This document shows, piece after piece, positions 26,666 to 36,316 of a stretch of DNA of 64,000 nt (position 1 is its first letter; the number at the start of each line of letters is the position of its first letter). Below the pieces are notes generated by a model. The model ran no database searches, was not told the DNA's origin, and worked only from the letters and a program-made list of their open reading frames with translations. Source of the stretch: an uncultured Bacteroides sp. (GTDB lineage: Bacteria; Bacteroidota; Bacteroidia; Bacteroidales; Bacteroidaceae); assembly GCA_945833835.1 (NCBI GenBank), contig CAMAFR010000011.1:545-64544 (forward strand), read 5' to 3'. The position numbers and the translations under genes were made by a program.

Positions 26666-26776
26666 ATGAATATGGACTATCTGATAACTCTATTTTCTGT
26701 AGGAAGTATCATCTGCATAGGCATTCTTATATGGATGAATACCAAGAGCGGGAAGAAATGGCTGCAAAGCCTGTAA
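26666..26776 (+). CDS. Single-TM microprotein A (not in ORF track)
   Basis: MNMDYLITLFSVGSIICIGILIWMNTKSGKKWLQSL; -7 box at 26615-26622. Confidence 0.7.
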   Translation: MNMDYLITLFSVGSIICIGILIWMNTKSGKKWLQSL

Positions 26777-26807
26777 AGGTATCGGTTCCGATGCGTTTAG
26801 ATAAGGT

Positions 26808-27047
26808 ATGGATATGGGAAACTTTACGAAACAAAATGAGGAACGCAAGGAGAAGGATAAAGTAAGGAGAGAAAAACTTGCCGGATATTACTTTGACCTG
26901 TCAAAGCTATCGTTCGCTGGGATATTTGTAAGCGTTATCATCCCAATCTTGACGGATGAGCAAAACATCCGTATGTGGATGGCAGCTATATTTGGATTAG
27001 TATTAACCGTTTTGTCAGCTTCGCTGGCTAACAAAATTTTGAAGTGA
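26808..27047 (+). CDS. Two-TM membrane protein
   Basis: REKLAGYYFDLSKLSF then two TM helices. Confidence 0.75.
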   Translation: MDMGNFTKQNEERKEKDKVRREKLAGYYFDLSKLSFAGIFVSVIIPILTDEQNIRMWMAAIFGLVLTVLSASLANKILK

Positions 27048-27048
27048 T

Positions 27049-27153
27049 ATGGATGTGATAGTATTCGTTTACGCTGTAGGCATCGTAATTGTAGGAGGAA
27101 TATACGCATGGACTTTTACTAAGTCCGGCAAGAAATGGTTGCAGAACTTATAA
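27049..27153 (+). CDS. Single-TM microprotein B (not in ORF track)
   Basis: MDVIVFVYAVGIVIVGGIYAWTFTKSGKKWLQNL; paralog of A. Confidence 0.7.
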   Translation: MDVIVFVYAVGIVIVGGIYAWTFTKSGKKWLQNL

Positions 27154-27188
27154 ACCCATTGGTTTCGATGGGATTAAACCGAAACGGC

Positions 27189-27596
27189 ATGAAGACAACA
27201 CAGGAATTTGCCTCCCTGCTTGGGAAGGCATACGCCACGCTTGGCATACGTCAGAAGGAGCTGGCCGCAAGGCTGGGCATTTCTCCCGGCTATCTGTCCG
27301 ACATGAAGAACGGCAACAGGCAGGTGTCGGATGAAGTGTTCGGCAAGATTGCGGATATGGTGGGAGAAGCCACCATCCGGGAGCGGAGGGAAGCGGAATC
27401 GGGCATCGAGGAGCTTCTGCAGGCCGGAGCCAACGCCTTCACCAAGGAGCTGCTACGGATGATGGAGGCCAAGCAGATTGCACCCTACTCCCTGCTGGTG
27501 GAGAAGGACAATGAGATAGCCCGGCTCAACCAGACCATCGGGCAACTGAAACAGGAAATCGAACAATTAAAGAACGGAGGTAATGATGGAAAGTAA
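27189..27596 (+). CDS. XRE-family HTH regulator
   Basis: QKELAARLGISPGYLSDMKNG; C-terminal coiled coil. Confidence 0.8.
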   Translation: MKTTQEFASLLGKAYATLGIRQKELAARLGISPGYLSDMKNGNRQVSDEVFGKIADMVGEATIRERREAESGIEELLQAGANAFTKELLRMMEAKQIAPYSLLVEKDNEIARLNQTIGQLKQEIEQLKNGGNDGK

Positions 27597-27768
27597 GTAT
27601 TACCGCATGGTGATTGACCTGCTGAAAGCATCGGCAGGCGGAAGCGTGGAAATTGACCGGGTGAACGAGGTGAGACGCTGCCTTGCATCGGCCATTACGG
27701 AAGCGCATATCTTGGGACGTGACGCTTCGGAGCTGGAAGCGTTGCGCAACGACATCGAAGGACTGTAA
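27583..27768 (+). CDS. Hypothetical protein
   Basis: 61 aa overlapping previous stop. Confidence 0.55.
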   Translation: MMESKYYRMVIDLLKASAGGSVEIDRVNEVRRCLASAITEAHILGRDASELEALRNDIEGL

Positions 27769-27775
27769 TGCAGCT

Positions 27776-28030
27776 ATGGCGAACACCAACGTATCAAAGC
27801 AGATAATCGCCCGTTTCTACGAGGCCTTGGACGCCATCATAGCGCAGAAGAAAATCCGGGGAGTGAACACCTACTGCCGACTGTACGGGATTGACCGCCG
27901 AAACTTCCTTGCGCAACGCAAGGACTTGGAACGGGGATGGTTCCAGGTCTCTTGGCTTGTGCCGATGGTGAGGGAGTACGGTGTCAGCCCCTCATGGCTC
28001 CTCACTGGCTTCGGCTCCATGTTCGTGTGA
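27776..28030 (+). CDS. HTH-like protein
   Basis: RFYEALD..FQVSWL..YGVSPSWLLTGFG. Confidence 0.7.
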   Translation: MANTNVSKQIIARFYEALDAIIAQKKIRGVNTYCRLYGIDRRNFLAQRKDLERGWFQVSWLVPMVREYGVSPSWLLTGFGSMFV

Positions 28031-28132
28031 TATATGTTAATTGTAACAAATGTGTTATATATTTCCCTCAATTAACTTGCGTATTTATAACGGATATGTT
28101 ATCTTTGTGGCGTAAACAAATGGCTCTTTGAT

Positions 28133-28318
28133 ATGAAAATTACAGAGTTCTTGAAGAAGGCCGCAAAGATGGGATGCTATTTCGTTAGCCACGGAAAAGA
28201 ACACGATGTTTGGTATAGTCCTGTAACAGGGAAATACTTTCGTGTTGGAAGACATGGCTCGCAGGAAGTGAAAGGCGGAACATTACACGGCATGATGAAA
28301 GATGCGGGTCTTAAATGA
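28133..28318 (+). CDS. hicA: HicA toxin
   Basis: 61 aa, HGKEHDVW..VGRH..EVKGGT. Confidence 0.85.
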   Translation: MKITEFLKKAAKMGCYFVSHGKEHDVWYSPVTGKYFRVGRHGSQEVKGGTLHGMMKDAGLK

Positions 28319-28365
28319 CCCGCACATTTGTTTGCTAACATTTATATATAAATAGGAGGAGTGAC

Positions 28366-28773
28366 ATGAGCAAAGTAACAGCAATTATCGAGAAATGGGA
28401 TGATGGTACGGTCAGTGCCTATGTTCCCGAATTTGACGGGTTCAATCTCAACGGCCAAGGGAAGAGTGTTGCCGAAGCAAAGGAGGCATTACAGGGAGCG
28501 ATAAACGATTATAAAACCATGTTTGAAAGCAGGGGCGAAACGGCTCCATCCTCCTTGTCTGATATAGAATTTGAGTTCAAATACGACATTGCGTCCTTCT
28601 TCGACAACTTCAAGTTTATCAGCGTTTCTACTTTCGCAAAGTATGCGGACATCAATCCTTCACTTATGAGACAATACAAACAGAGGCTTTCATTTGCCTC
28701 TGAATCTCAAAAAAGAAAGATTGAAAAAGCCATCCATCGGGCAGGAAGGGAAATGCTGGCAGTAAGACTATAG
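28366..28773 (+). CDS. hicB: HicB antitoxin
   Basis: GQGKSVAEAK; C-terminal HTH INPSLMRQY. Confidence 0.85.
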   Translation: MSKVTAIIEKWDDGTVSAYVPEFDGFNLNGQGKSVAEAKEALQGAINDYKTMFESRGETAPSSLSDIEFEFKYDIASFFDNFKFISVSTFAKYADINPSLMRQYKQRLSFASESQKRKIEKAIHRAGREMLAVRL

Positions 28774-28819
28774 TCCATTTGTTTACATTGCCTTACGGCT
28801 ATACCACAGGAGGGTGCTG

Positions 28820-30088
28820 TCAATCGGCATCCTCCCGTTTTTCAAAAACATAGTCTATCACCTTGCGGTTGGCGGCATCAATGGGAGCCCATGAGCGTTT
28901 GATGTAGTAGTCAGTCACCCTCATGGATTCGTCCACATGGTTCAGTGCCTGGTGGACGGTGTACTTGTCCACCCCGGCCTCATTGAGTGCGATGGTAGCC
29001 CATGTGTGCCTTGCCGCATAAAACTCCAGGTCTTCCTCACCTATCAAGGCTCCCACCTTCTTTAGTCCCTTGTTGATGGCTTGGCAGAAGCTGTCCACGG
29101 AGCTGTACATATTGTAGAAGCCGAAGACACGCTCACCGTACTTGTCGGCATACTTCTTCACCAGCTCTTCGGCCTCCGGCTCTATCCTGATGCTTATCTC
29201 TGCCCTATCCGCACGCCTGTTCTTCGTCTTGGTACGTTGGTAGGTGATGCGCCCGTCCTTGCAGTCCTTCACATGATACAAGTCCACCGCATTCATGCCC
29301 ACCAGCAGGAAACTCAACAGGAACACGTCTTTGGCAAGATTGAAACGGCAGTTTCCCGGCTGTAGAATCTCCCTTTCCTCCAGTGCCGCCAGTTTTCGCA
29401 GGGCATCCACCGAAATAGCCCTCTTCCTTGGGACTCCGGCCTTGGGCACATCCACCTTGGCGAAGGGAGAGTAGGGGATGCGGATTATCCCGGCATCCTC
29501 ATCGTTGAACTCCTTCTTCGCCCGGTTGTGGATGGCTCGCAGTTGGGAGAGGTACAAGCCCGGTGCTCTCGTCCCCTTGGCCATGCCAGTACGGGGAGGC
29601 TGCTCCATTATCCACCTCATCCAGTCGTTGAGCATCTTCACGGTCAGCTCATGGATGCTCACGCTCTCACGGCCAATGAACCTCACGAAGCTGTTGACAG
29701 CCACCTTGTAGGCATTGGCATTTCCGGCGTGCCCCGTCTGTTGCAGCTCCCGTATGTACGAACGGGCGTAGCCCACTATGTCGAGGTCAAACCTGCCCTC
29801 TCCGGGCTCCTCAGACGACAGCAGCCTCACCACCTCCTCTATGTCCATGCCTGGCAATGCCTCTCCTCTCGCATCGCATATCTCACGGTACGTCCTGATC
29901 ATCCTGTCGGTGGCATCCACATACCTCTGGTTCTTCAACTTCATGCTCCGGGTCATGTCCTCCTTACGCACATAGTAGGGGGTGGCGATGTACTTGCTCC
30001 TCCTGCCATGAGTGACACGTATCTTGATGTTCCATGTCCCGTCTTCCTTTTTTTGGTGCGCTAACACCACCGCCTTGAAGGTTGCCAT
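28820..30088 (-). CDS. int: Tyrosine integrase
   Basis: Arm-binding N-terminus, GMNAVDL, RTKTK, FYAARHTWAT, LNH, VTDYY. Confidence 0.93.
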   Translation of the reverse strand: MATFKAVVLAHQKKEDGTWNIKIRVTHGRRSKYIATPYYVRKEDMTRSMKLKNQRYVDATDRMIRTYREICDARGEALPGMDIEEVVRLLSSEEPGEGRFDLDIVGYARSYIRELQQTGHAGNANAYKVAVNSFVRFIGRESVSIHELTVKMLNDWMRWIMEQPPRTGMAKGTRAPGLYLSQLRAIHNRAKKEFNDEDAGIIRIPYSPFAKVDVPKAGVPRKRAISVDALRKLAALEEREILQPGNCRFNLAKDVFLLSFLLVGMNAVDLYHVKDCKDGRITYQRTKTKNRRADRAEISIRIEPEAEELVKKYADKYGERVFGFYNMYSSVDSFCQAINKGLKKVGALIGEEDLEFYAARHTWATIALNEAGVDKYTVHQALNHVDESMRVTDYYIKRSWAPIDAANRKVIDYVFEKREDAD

Positions 30089-30154
30089 TGCTTCGTAAAA
30101 CTATTGTAAAACATTTGCCAGCAAATATACTCACTTTTTGCGGAATAAAGCATA

Positions 30155-30193
30155 AAAAACGGCCCCTCCTTTGGGTAGGAGAGGCCGGAAAAA
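30155..30193 (-). terminator. Terminator after tRNA-Arg
   Basis: CGGCCTCTCCT-ACCCAA-AGGAGGGGCCG then T-run on minus strand. Confidence 0.7.
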
Positions 30194-30194
30194 G

Positions 30195-30266
30195 TAGCTC
30201 CGAGGGGAATCGAACCCCTATCTACGGTTTAGGAAACCAGTGTTCTATCCGTTGAACTACAGAGCC
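30195..30266 (-). tRNA. tRNA-Arg(CCT), complete, phage side
   Basis: GGCTCTG TA GTTC AACGGATA GAAC A CTGGT TTCCTAA ACCGT AGAT AGGGG TTCGATT CCCCT CGGAGCT A cloverleaf. Confidence 0.85.
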
Positions 30267-30346
30267 TTATATGTTTTTATCGGTTGCACGAACAATCATC
30301 ATGTCAATCATCATCGCCTTGCCAAGGTCAAACACAGCTCCAACGC

Positions 30347-30384
30347 TTAGGAAACTTCTATTCTATCCGTTGAACTACCAAGGC
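30347..30384 (-). pseudogene. 5' half of host tRNA-Arg(CCT), broken after the anticodon loop (att junction)
   Basis: GCCTTGGTAGTTCAACGGATAGAATAGAAGTTTCCTAA; preceded by TACTTTTG promoter box. Confidence 0.8.
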
Positions 30385-30575
30385 AGACCGCTGCAAAAGT
30401 ACTGCTTTTTGTGTATTCCAGCGAGCACTGGATGGTTAAAGGGAGTTAAAGAAGACTTTTCTCACTTATTGAAAAGAAATATTAGTTTTTATTTTGATTT
30501 TTGACACAACTTCCCGAATTTTGCGCCCGTTGATTATGAGAAACTTAATAATTCATATAAAATAGAAAATAGGTT

Positions 30576-32429
30576 ATGGCAGATGAAATGATTGTCAAGG
30601 AGCTGGATGATGTTGTAGTCCGCTTCTCAGGTGACTCTGGCGATGGCATGCAGTTGGCAGGTAATATGTTCTCGAATATTTCGGCCACTGTAGGTAACGA
30701 CATCAGTACGTTTCCTGATTATCCTGCGGATATCCGTGCCCCGCAAGGAACGCTGACAGGGGTCTCCGGCTTTCAGGTCCACATCGGTTCGGGCAAGGTC
30801 TATACGCCCGGCGACAAGTGCGACGTGCTGGTGGCGATGAATCCGGCTGCGCTCAAGACGCAGTACAAGTATTGCAAGCCGCAGTCGGTGATTATCATCG
30901 ACTCCGACTCGTTCACCAAGAAAGATTTGGAAAAGGCGAAGTTTACGTTGGAGAATCCGTTCTCCGAGCTGGGAATCAAGAACGAGGTGATTGAGGCTTC
31001 CATCACCACCATGTGCAAGGAGAGTCTGAAAGACAGTGGGCTGGATGCCAAGTCCATCGGACGTACCAAGAACATGTTCGCCCTGGGACTGGTGTGCTGG
31101 CTGTTCCATCGTGACATCGCCGTAGGCGAAAAGCTGCTGCGCGAGAAGTTCGCCAAGAAGCCCGCCATTGCCGATGCCAACGTGAAGGTGCTTTACGACG
31201 GCTATCACTTCGGGGCCAACACCCACGCCTCTGTGTCGATGAGCTACCGGGTGCCCAGCAAGGAGCAGAAAGAGAAGGGCAAGTACATGGACATCAACGG
31301 CAACAAGGCCACGGCCTACGGACTGATGGCCGCTGCCGAGAAGGCCGGCCTGCAGCTCTACCTGGGCTCGTACCCCATCACGCCGGCCACCGATATCCTG
31401 CACGAGCTGGCCAAGCACAAATCCTTGGGGGTGAAGACCGTGCAGTGTGAGGACGAGATTGCCGGCTGTTCTTCGGCGGTCGGTGCCGCCTTTGCCGGAG
31501 CGTTGGCGGTCACCTCGACATCCGGACCGGGTATCTGCCTCAAGAGCGAGGCCATGAACCTGGCCGTGATTGCCGAACTGCCGTTGGTCGTTATCGACGT
31601 GCAGCGCGGCGGACCTTCTACCGGTCTGCCCACCAAGTCGGAACAGACCGACCTCTTGCAGTCGCTCTATGGCCGCAACGGCGAAAGTCCCATGCCGGTG
31701 GTGGCCGCCACATCGCCCACCGACTGTTTTGATGCCGCCTACATGGCGTGCAAGGTGGCGTTGGAGCACATGACGCCCGTCGTGCTGCTGACCGATGCCT
31801 ACATTGCCAACGGCTCGGCTGCCTGGCGGTTGCCCCAGCTGGAGCAGTATCCTGCCATCTGTCCGCCTTATGTGACGCCCGACATGGCGGCCGGCTGGAC
31901 TCCCTTCCAGCGTAATCCGGAGAACCAGGTGCGCTATTGGGCCGTTCCGGGTACCGAAGGCTTCATGCACCGCATCGGCGGTCTGGAGAAGAGCAACGAG
32001 ACCGGTGCCATCTCCACCGAACCGGAGAACCACCACCTCATGACACAGCTGCGTGCCGAGAAGGTGGAACGCATTGCCGACTCGCTGCCCGCCCTTGAGG
32101 TGGAAGGCGATTCCGATGCCGACCTGCTGATTGTAGGCTTCGGCGGTACCTACGGCCACTTGCATTCGGCCATGGATACCCTCCGCGCACAGGGCAGGAA
32201 GGTGGCTTTGGCACATCTGCGCTGGATCAATCCGCTGCCCAAGAACACGGCGGAAGTGCTGCGCAAGTATCCCAAGGTCGTGGTGGCCGAACAGAACATG
32301 GGCCAGTTGGCAGGCTATCTGCGCATGAAGGTAGAAGGAGTCTGCCTGCATCAGTTCAATCAAGTGAAAGGCCAGCCGTTCGTCGTGCAGGAGCTGGTAG
32401 ACGCATTTACTAAAATAATAGAGGAGTAA
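30576..32429 (+). CDS. korA: 2-oxoacid:ferredoxin oxidoreductase alpha subunit
   Basis: GDSGDG, YPITPAT, EDEIA, QRGGPSTGLPT. Confidence 0.92.
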   Translation: MADEMIVKELDDVVVRFSGDSGDGMQLAGNMFSNISATVGNDISTFPDYPADIRAPQGTLTGVSGFQVHIGSGKVYTPGDKCDVLVAMNPAALKTQYKYCKPQSVIIIDSDSFTKKDLEKAKFTLENPFSELGIKNEVIEASITTMCKESLKDSGLDAKSIGRTKNMFALGLVCWLFHRDIAVGEKLLREKFAKKPAIADANVKVLYDGYHFGANTHASVSMSYRVPSKEQKEKGKYMDINGNKATAYGLMAAAEKAGLQLYLGSYPITPATDILHELAKHKSLGVKTVQCEDEIAGCSSAVGAAFAGALAVTSTSGPGICLKSEAMNLAVIAELPLVVIDVQRGGPSTGLPTKSEQTDLLQSLYGRNGESPMPVVAATSPTDCFDAAYMACKVALEHMTPVVLLTDAYIANGSAAWRLPQLEQYPAICPPYVTPDMAAGWTPFQRNPENQVRYWAVPGTEGFMHRIGGLEKSNETGAISTEPENHHLMTQLRAEKVERIADSLPALEVEGDSDADLLIVGFGGTYGHLHSAMDTLRAQGRKVALAHLRWINPLPKNTAEVLRKYPKVVVAEQNMGQLAGYLRMKVEGVCLHQFNQVKGQPFVVQELVDAFTKIIEE

Positions 32430-32431
32430 TT

Positions 32432-33442
32432 ATGAGCGAAACAAAATATACCGCTGCCGACTACAAGGCCGGTCAGCCCCGCTGGTGTCCGGGATGCGGC
32501 GACCATGCGTTCCTTAATTCTTTTCACAAGGCGTTGGCAGAGTTGGGAGTGGCTCCCCACGACATCGCCGTCATTTCGGGTATCGGCTGCTCGTCACGTC
32601 TGCCCTATTACATGAACACCTATGGCATGCACACCATCCACGGACGTGCGGCCGCCATTGCCACCGGTGCCAAGGTGGCCAACCCGAACCTGACCATCTG
32701 GCAGATTTCGGGCGACGGTGACGGACTGGCCATCGGCGGTAACCATTTCATCCATTGCATCCGCCGCAATGTGGACATCAACATCGTGTTGCTCAACAAC
32801 CGCATCTATGGCCTCACCAAGGGACAGTACAGCCCCACGTCGGCCCGTGGCTTCGTCAGCAAGTCATCGCCCTACGGCACGGTGGAAGACCCCTTCCGTC
32901 CGGCTGAGCTCTGCTTCGGAGCACGCGGCCGCTTCTTCGCCCGTTGTGTGGCGGTAGACGGTGGCCCTTCTGTCGAGGTGCTGAAGGCAGCCGCCCGTCA
33001 TAAGGGAACGTCTGTCATCGAAGTGTTGCAGAACTGTGTCATCTTCAACGACGGCACGCACAACATGGTGGCCAAGAAGGAAGACCGCGAGAAGAACGCC
33101 ATCTATCTGGAGCATGGCCGGCCGATGCTGTTCGGCCCGAACAAGGAATTCGGACTGATGCAGGAAGGGTTCGGCCTGAAGGTGGTGAAGCTGGGCGAGA
33201 ACGGTGTGACCGAACAAGACATTCTCGTACACGACGCCCATTGTGAGGACGCTACGCTCCACCTGAAGCTGGCGTTGATGGAAGGTCCCGACTTCCCGAT
33301 TGCGCTCGGGGTCATCCGCGATGTGGAGGCTCCTACCTACGACGAGTCGGTAGAGGCCCAGATAGCGGACGTGGCCGCCAAGAAGAAATATCATAACTTT
33401 GCCGAACTGCTGGCCACGAACGACACGTGGGAAGTGAAGTAG
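32432..33442 (+). CDS. korB: 2-oxoacid:ferredoxin oxidoreductase beta subunit
   Basis: WCPGCGD, SGIGCSSR, GDGD, YGLTKGQ. Confidence 0.92.
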   Translation: MSETKYTAADYKAGQPRWCPGCGDHAFLNSFHKALAELGVAPHDIAVISGIGCSSRLPYYMNTYGMHTIHGRAAAIATGAKVANPNLTIWQISGDGDGLAIGGNHFIHCIRRNVDINIVLLNNRIYGLTKGQYSPTSARGFVSKSSPYGTVEDPFRPAELCFGARGRFFARCVAVDGGPSVEVLKAAARHKGTSVIEVLQNCVIFNDGTHNMVAKKEDREKNAIYLEHGRPMLFGPNKEFGLMQEGFGLKVVKLGENGVTEQDILVHDAHCEDATLHLKLALMEGPDFPIALGVIRDVEAPTYDESVEAQIADVAAKKKYHNFAELLATNDTWEVK

Positions 33443-33696
33443 GCCATCGTTGGTATAGATAGGGGAGAGGGTGTGGCAAGTTTCCAGGTGCTGGAGGCTT
33501 GGCCACACCCTCTTGTCGTGTCAGGACGGCAGCGGCTCTTCTTTTTTCTCATTGCATTTCTTGTTTTGCTGGAAAACCCGTATATTTGTCCCTATCCTTT
33601 CTCGTGCGTCTTGGCTTGTTTGGGCAGAAGCGGCGAGGGTGGGATGACATATATGAAAAGGCGTTTATCTGACGCTTTGTTTTTGGTTACCGAAAA

Positions 33697-33933
33697 GTCT
33701 CGCAAACTTAGAATCATCACAAAACAAAGCAACGGTAGATGTCCATTGGGATATGTTGACTGATAGCCCTTACTGTATCCGTATCGAACCTACGGATATG
33801 GTATAGGGTGGCGTTCTATATACATATCGGCGTGGGCTTCTGCGTTGCTCGTTCTTGATGATTTGGGCAATGCGAGACGCCTAAGGTAGCGGGACGGGTG
33901 ACAGACAGCAACCCGCGCTTTTTCTATATTGCC
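33697..33933. ncRNA. Putative structured RNA element (long imperfect hairpin plus 3' stem)
   Basis: GTCTCGCA..AATCATCA..AGCAACG..GATATGT pairs with ACATATC..CGTTGCT..TGATGATT..TGCGAGAC. Confidence 0.5.
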
Positions 33934-34244
33934 CCTCAGGTTCCGGATTCGATGGGCCTGTGAGGAGGGGTATTTAGGTTGACATTTTCTTCTATGAGCG
34001 GCATCGGGAGCGGAGGCACTCCGTCCGGCGGCTCCGTCTGTGTGGCTCCGAAGCATAACGTGCAAAGAACTGTGATTTACTGCGAAAGGATTTTCATTCA
34101 TCTCATCCCTGTCCTCCTTTCCGGTAGTCACGGTTCTTTTTTTGCCGACTATTGTAAAGACAGAATGTTACATTATTGCCGCTTTCCCTTTACTGTCTGA
34201 TTTCTCTATCGCCTCTGAGAATGCGATAAAACCTGCATCATCAG

Positions 34245-34328
34245 AAGGTTAATAACCTTTCGACAATAAGGTTAATAACCTTCAGGCCGTAAGGTTAATA
34301 ATCTTCCAGCTGTAAGGTTATTAACCTT
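34245..34328. repeat. Four palindromic 15-mers with 23-bp period
   Basis: AAGGTTAATAACCTT-like at 34245, 34268, 34291, 34314. Confidence 0.9.
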
Positions 34329-34619
34329 ACTGTGATGGATAGAGCCTTTCTTTGGCAAGTACTGCCGTCGGCCTATCGGTATGTCGCCTGACGCTTACCG
34401 GGAGTATCTGCAGAAGAACAGCCTCATTGCAAACTCGAAGTGTCAGATTTGTTACACAAGTATAAAAATGATACCATTACGGATTTTTTTCTGTAATAAC
34501 TTCTTTGAATAAAAATAAACTATTATTTTTGTATCGGTTTAAAGAAGGTCTGTTTTATAACAGCGAGAGAATAAGAAAGAAGAATCATACAATTGAATAA
34601 CAAATTAATCATTTGAGAA

Positions 34620-36224
34620 ATGGCAAAATTAGATCTTACTAAGTACGGTATCCAGAATACCGTGGAAATTGTGCACAATCCGTCATACGAAGTATTGTTC
34701 GCTGAAGAAACAAAAGCCGGTTTGGAAGGCTTTGAAAAAGGCCAGGAAACTGAGCTGGGCGCTGTCAACGTAATGACGGGTATCTATACGGGTCGTTCTC
34801 CCAAGGATAAATTCCTGGTAATGGACGAAACCAGCAAGGACACTGTATGGTGGACTTCCGACGAATACAAGAATGACAACAAGCCTGTTTCCGAAGCTAC
34901 TTGGAAAGAGCTGAAAGAACTGGCCGCCAAAGAATTGTCGAACAAGAAGCTGTTTGTAGTAGATGGTTTCTGCGGTGCCAACCCCGCTACCCGTCTGTGC
35001 GTCCGCTTCATCATGGAAGTGGCTTGGCAGGCTCATTTCGTGACCAACATGTTCATCCGTCCGACAGCTGAGGAACTGGAAGCCTTCGAACCCGACTTCA
35101 TCGTGTACAACGCTTCCAAGGCAAAGGTGGAAAACTACAAGGAACTGGGTCTGAACTCTGAAACTGCCGTTGTCTTCAACCTGACTTCTAAGGAACAGGT
35201 GATCCTGAACACTTGGTACGGTGGTGAAATGAAGAAGGGTATGTTCTCTATGATGAACTACTTCAACCCGCTGCGTGGCATCGCTTCCATGCACTGCTCT
35301 GCCAACACCAACATGGACGAAACAGAATCGGCCATCTTCTTCGGTCTGTCTGGTACAGGTAAGACCACGCTGTCTACCGACCCGAAACGTAAGCTGATTG
35401 GTGACGACGAACACGGATGGGACAACGAAGGTGTGTTCAACTACGAAGGCGGCTGCTACGCCAAGGTCATCAACCTCGACAAGGAATCGGAACCCGATAT
35501 CTACGGTGCCATCAAGCGCGACGCTTTGCTGGAGAACGTTACGGTAGCTGCCGACGGCAAGATTGACTTCGCCGACAAGAGCGTGACAGAAAACACCCGT
35601 GTATCTTATCCTATCCACTTCATCCAGAACATTGTGAAGCCGGTTTCCAAAGGTCCTCACGCAAAACAGGTCATCTTCCTGTCTGCTGATGCCTTCGGTG
35701 TATTGCCCCCGGTATCTATCCTGAACGAAAACCAGGCTCAGTACTACTTCCTCTCTGGCTTTACCGCCAAGTTGGCCGGTACAGAACGTGGCATCACTGA
35801 ACCGACTCCGACATTCTCTGCTTGCTTCGGCCAGGCCTTCTTGGAACTGCACCCGACGAAATATGCAGAAGAACTCGTGAAGAAGATGCAGATGACCGGT
35901 GCCAAGGCTTATCTGGTGAACACCGGTTGGAACGGTACAGGCAAGCGTATCTCTATCCGCGACACCCGTGGTATCATTGACGCTATCCTCGACGGCTCTA
36001 TCGAAAAGGCTCCTACGAAGACTATCCCGTACTTCGACTTCGTGGTTCCGACAGAATTGCCGGGTGTAGATCCGAAGATTCTGGATCCGCGCGACACGTA
36101 TGCAGAAGCCGCTCAGTGGGAAGAAAAGGCCAAAGACCTCGCCGCTCGTTTCATCAAGAACTTCGTGAAGTTCACAGGCAACGAAGCCGGTAAGGCATTG
36201 GTGGCTGCTGGTCCGCAACTCTAA
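34620..36224 (+). CDS. pckA: Phosphoenolpyruvate carboxykinase (ATP)
   Basis: [33 protein letters not shown]. Confidence 0.97.
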   Translation: MAKLDLTKYGIQNTVEIVHNPSYEVLFAEETKAGLEGFEKGQETELGAVNVMTGIYTGRSPKDKFLVMDETSKDTVWWTSDEYKNDNKPVSEATWKELKELAAKELSNKKLFVVDGFCGANPATRLCVRFIMEVAWQAHFVTNMFIRPTAEELEAFEPDFIVYNASKAKVENYKELGLNSETAVVFNLTSKEQVILNTWYGGEMKKGMFSMMNYFNPLRGIASMHCSANTNMDETESAIFFGLSGTGKTTLSTDPKRKLIGDDEHGWDNEGVFNYEGGCYAKVINLDKESEPDIYGAIKRDALLENVTVAADGKIDFADKSVTENTRVSYPIHFIQNIVKPVSKGPHAKQVIFLSADAFGVLPPVSILNENQAQYYFLSGFTAKLAGTERGITEPTPTFSACFGQAFLELHPTKYAEELVKKMQMTGAKAYLVNTGWNGTGKRISIRDTRGIIDAILDGSIEKAPTKTIPYFDFVVPTELPGVDPKILDPRDTYAEAAQWEEKAKDLAARFIKNFVKFTGNEAGKALVAAGPQL

Positions 36225-36255
36225 TAATCTTACAATAACATTAATAGTTGAACCG

Positions 36256-36293
36256 AACGGCTCCTCTCTTTTTACGGGGGGAGCCGTTTTTTT
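36256..36293 (+). terminator. Rho-independent terminator
   Basis: AACGGCTCC...GGAGCCGTT plus T-run. Confidence 0.75.
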
Positions 36294-36316
36294 AGTGTGA
36301 TTCCAAACGTCTGAAC

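Larger units (their letters stand above)
1..30354. mobile_element. Integrated temperate prophage (left end outside window), inserted at tRNA-Arg(CCT)
   Basis: Contiguous portal, terminase, head, replication, cI/cro and integrase genes ending at a truncated tRNA; housekeeping genes follow. Confidence 0.95.

Noticed and set aside
1..30354. DGR reverse transcriptase or template repeat
   Set aside because: No RT motifs and no second copy of 19981-20073 seen in this window
30271..30504. 77-aa ORF at the att site
   Set aside because: Antisense to the tRNA fragment and its promoter; likely spurious
33473..34200. Short ORFs between korB and pckA
   Set aside because: No motifs; they overlap structured non-coding elements
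34245..34328. Possible CRISPR array
   Set aside because: 15-bp repeats and 8-bp spacers are far too short; no cas genes
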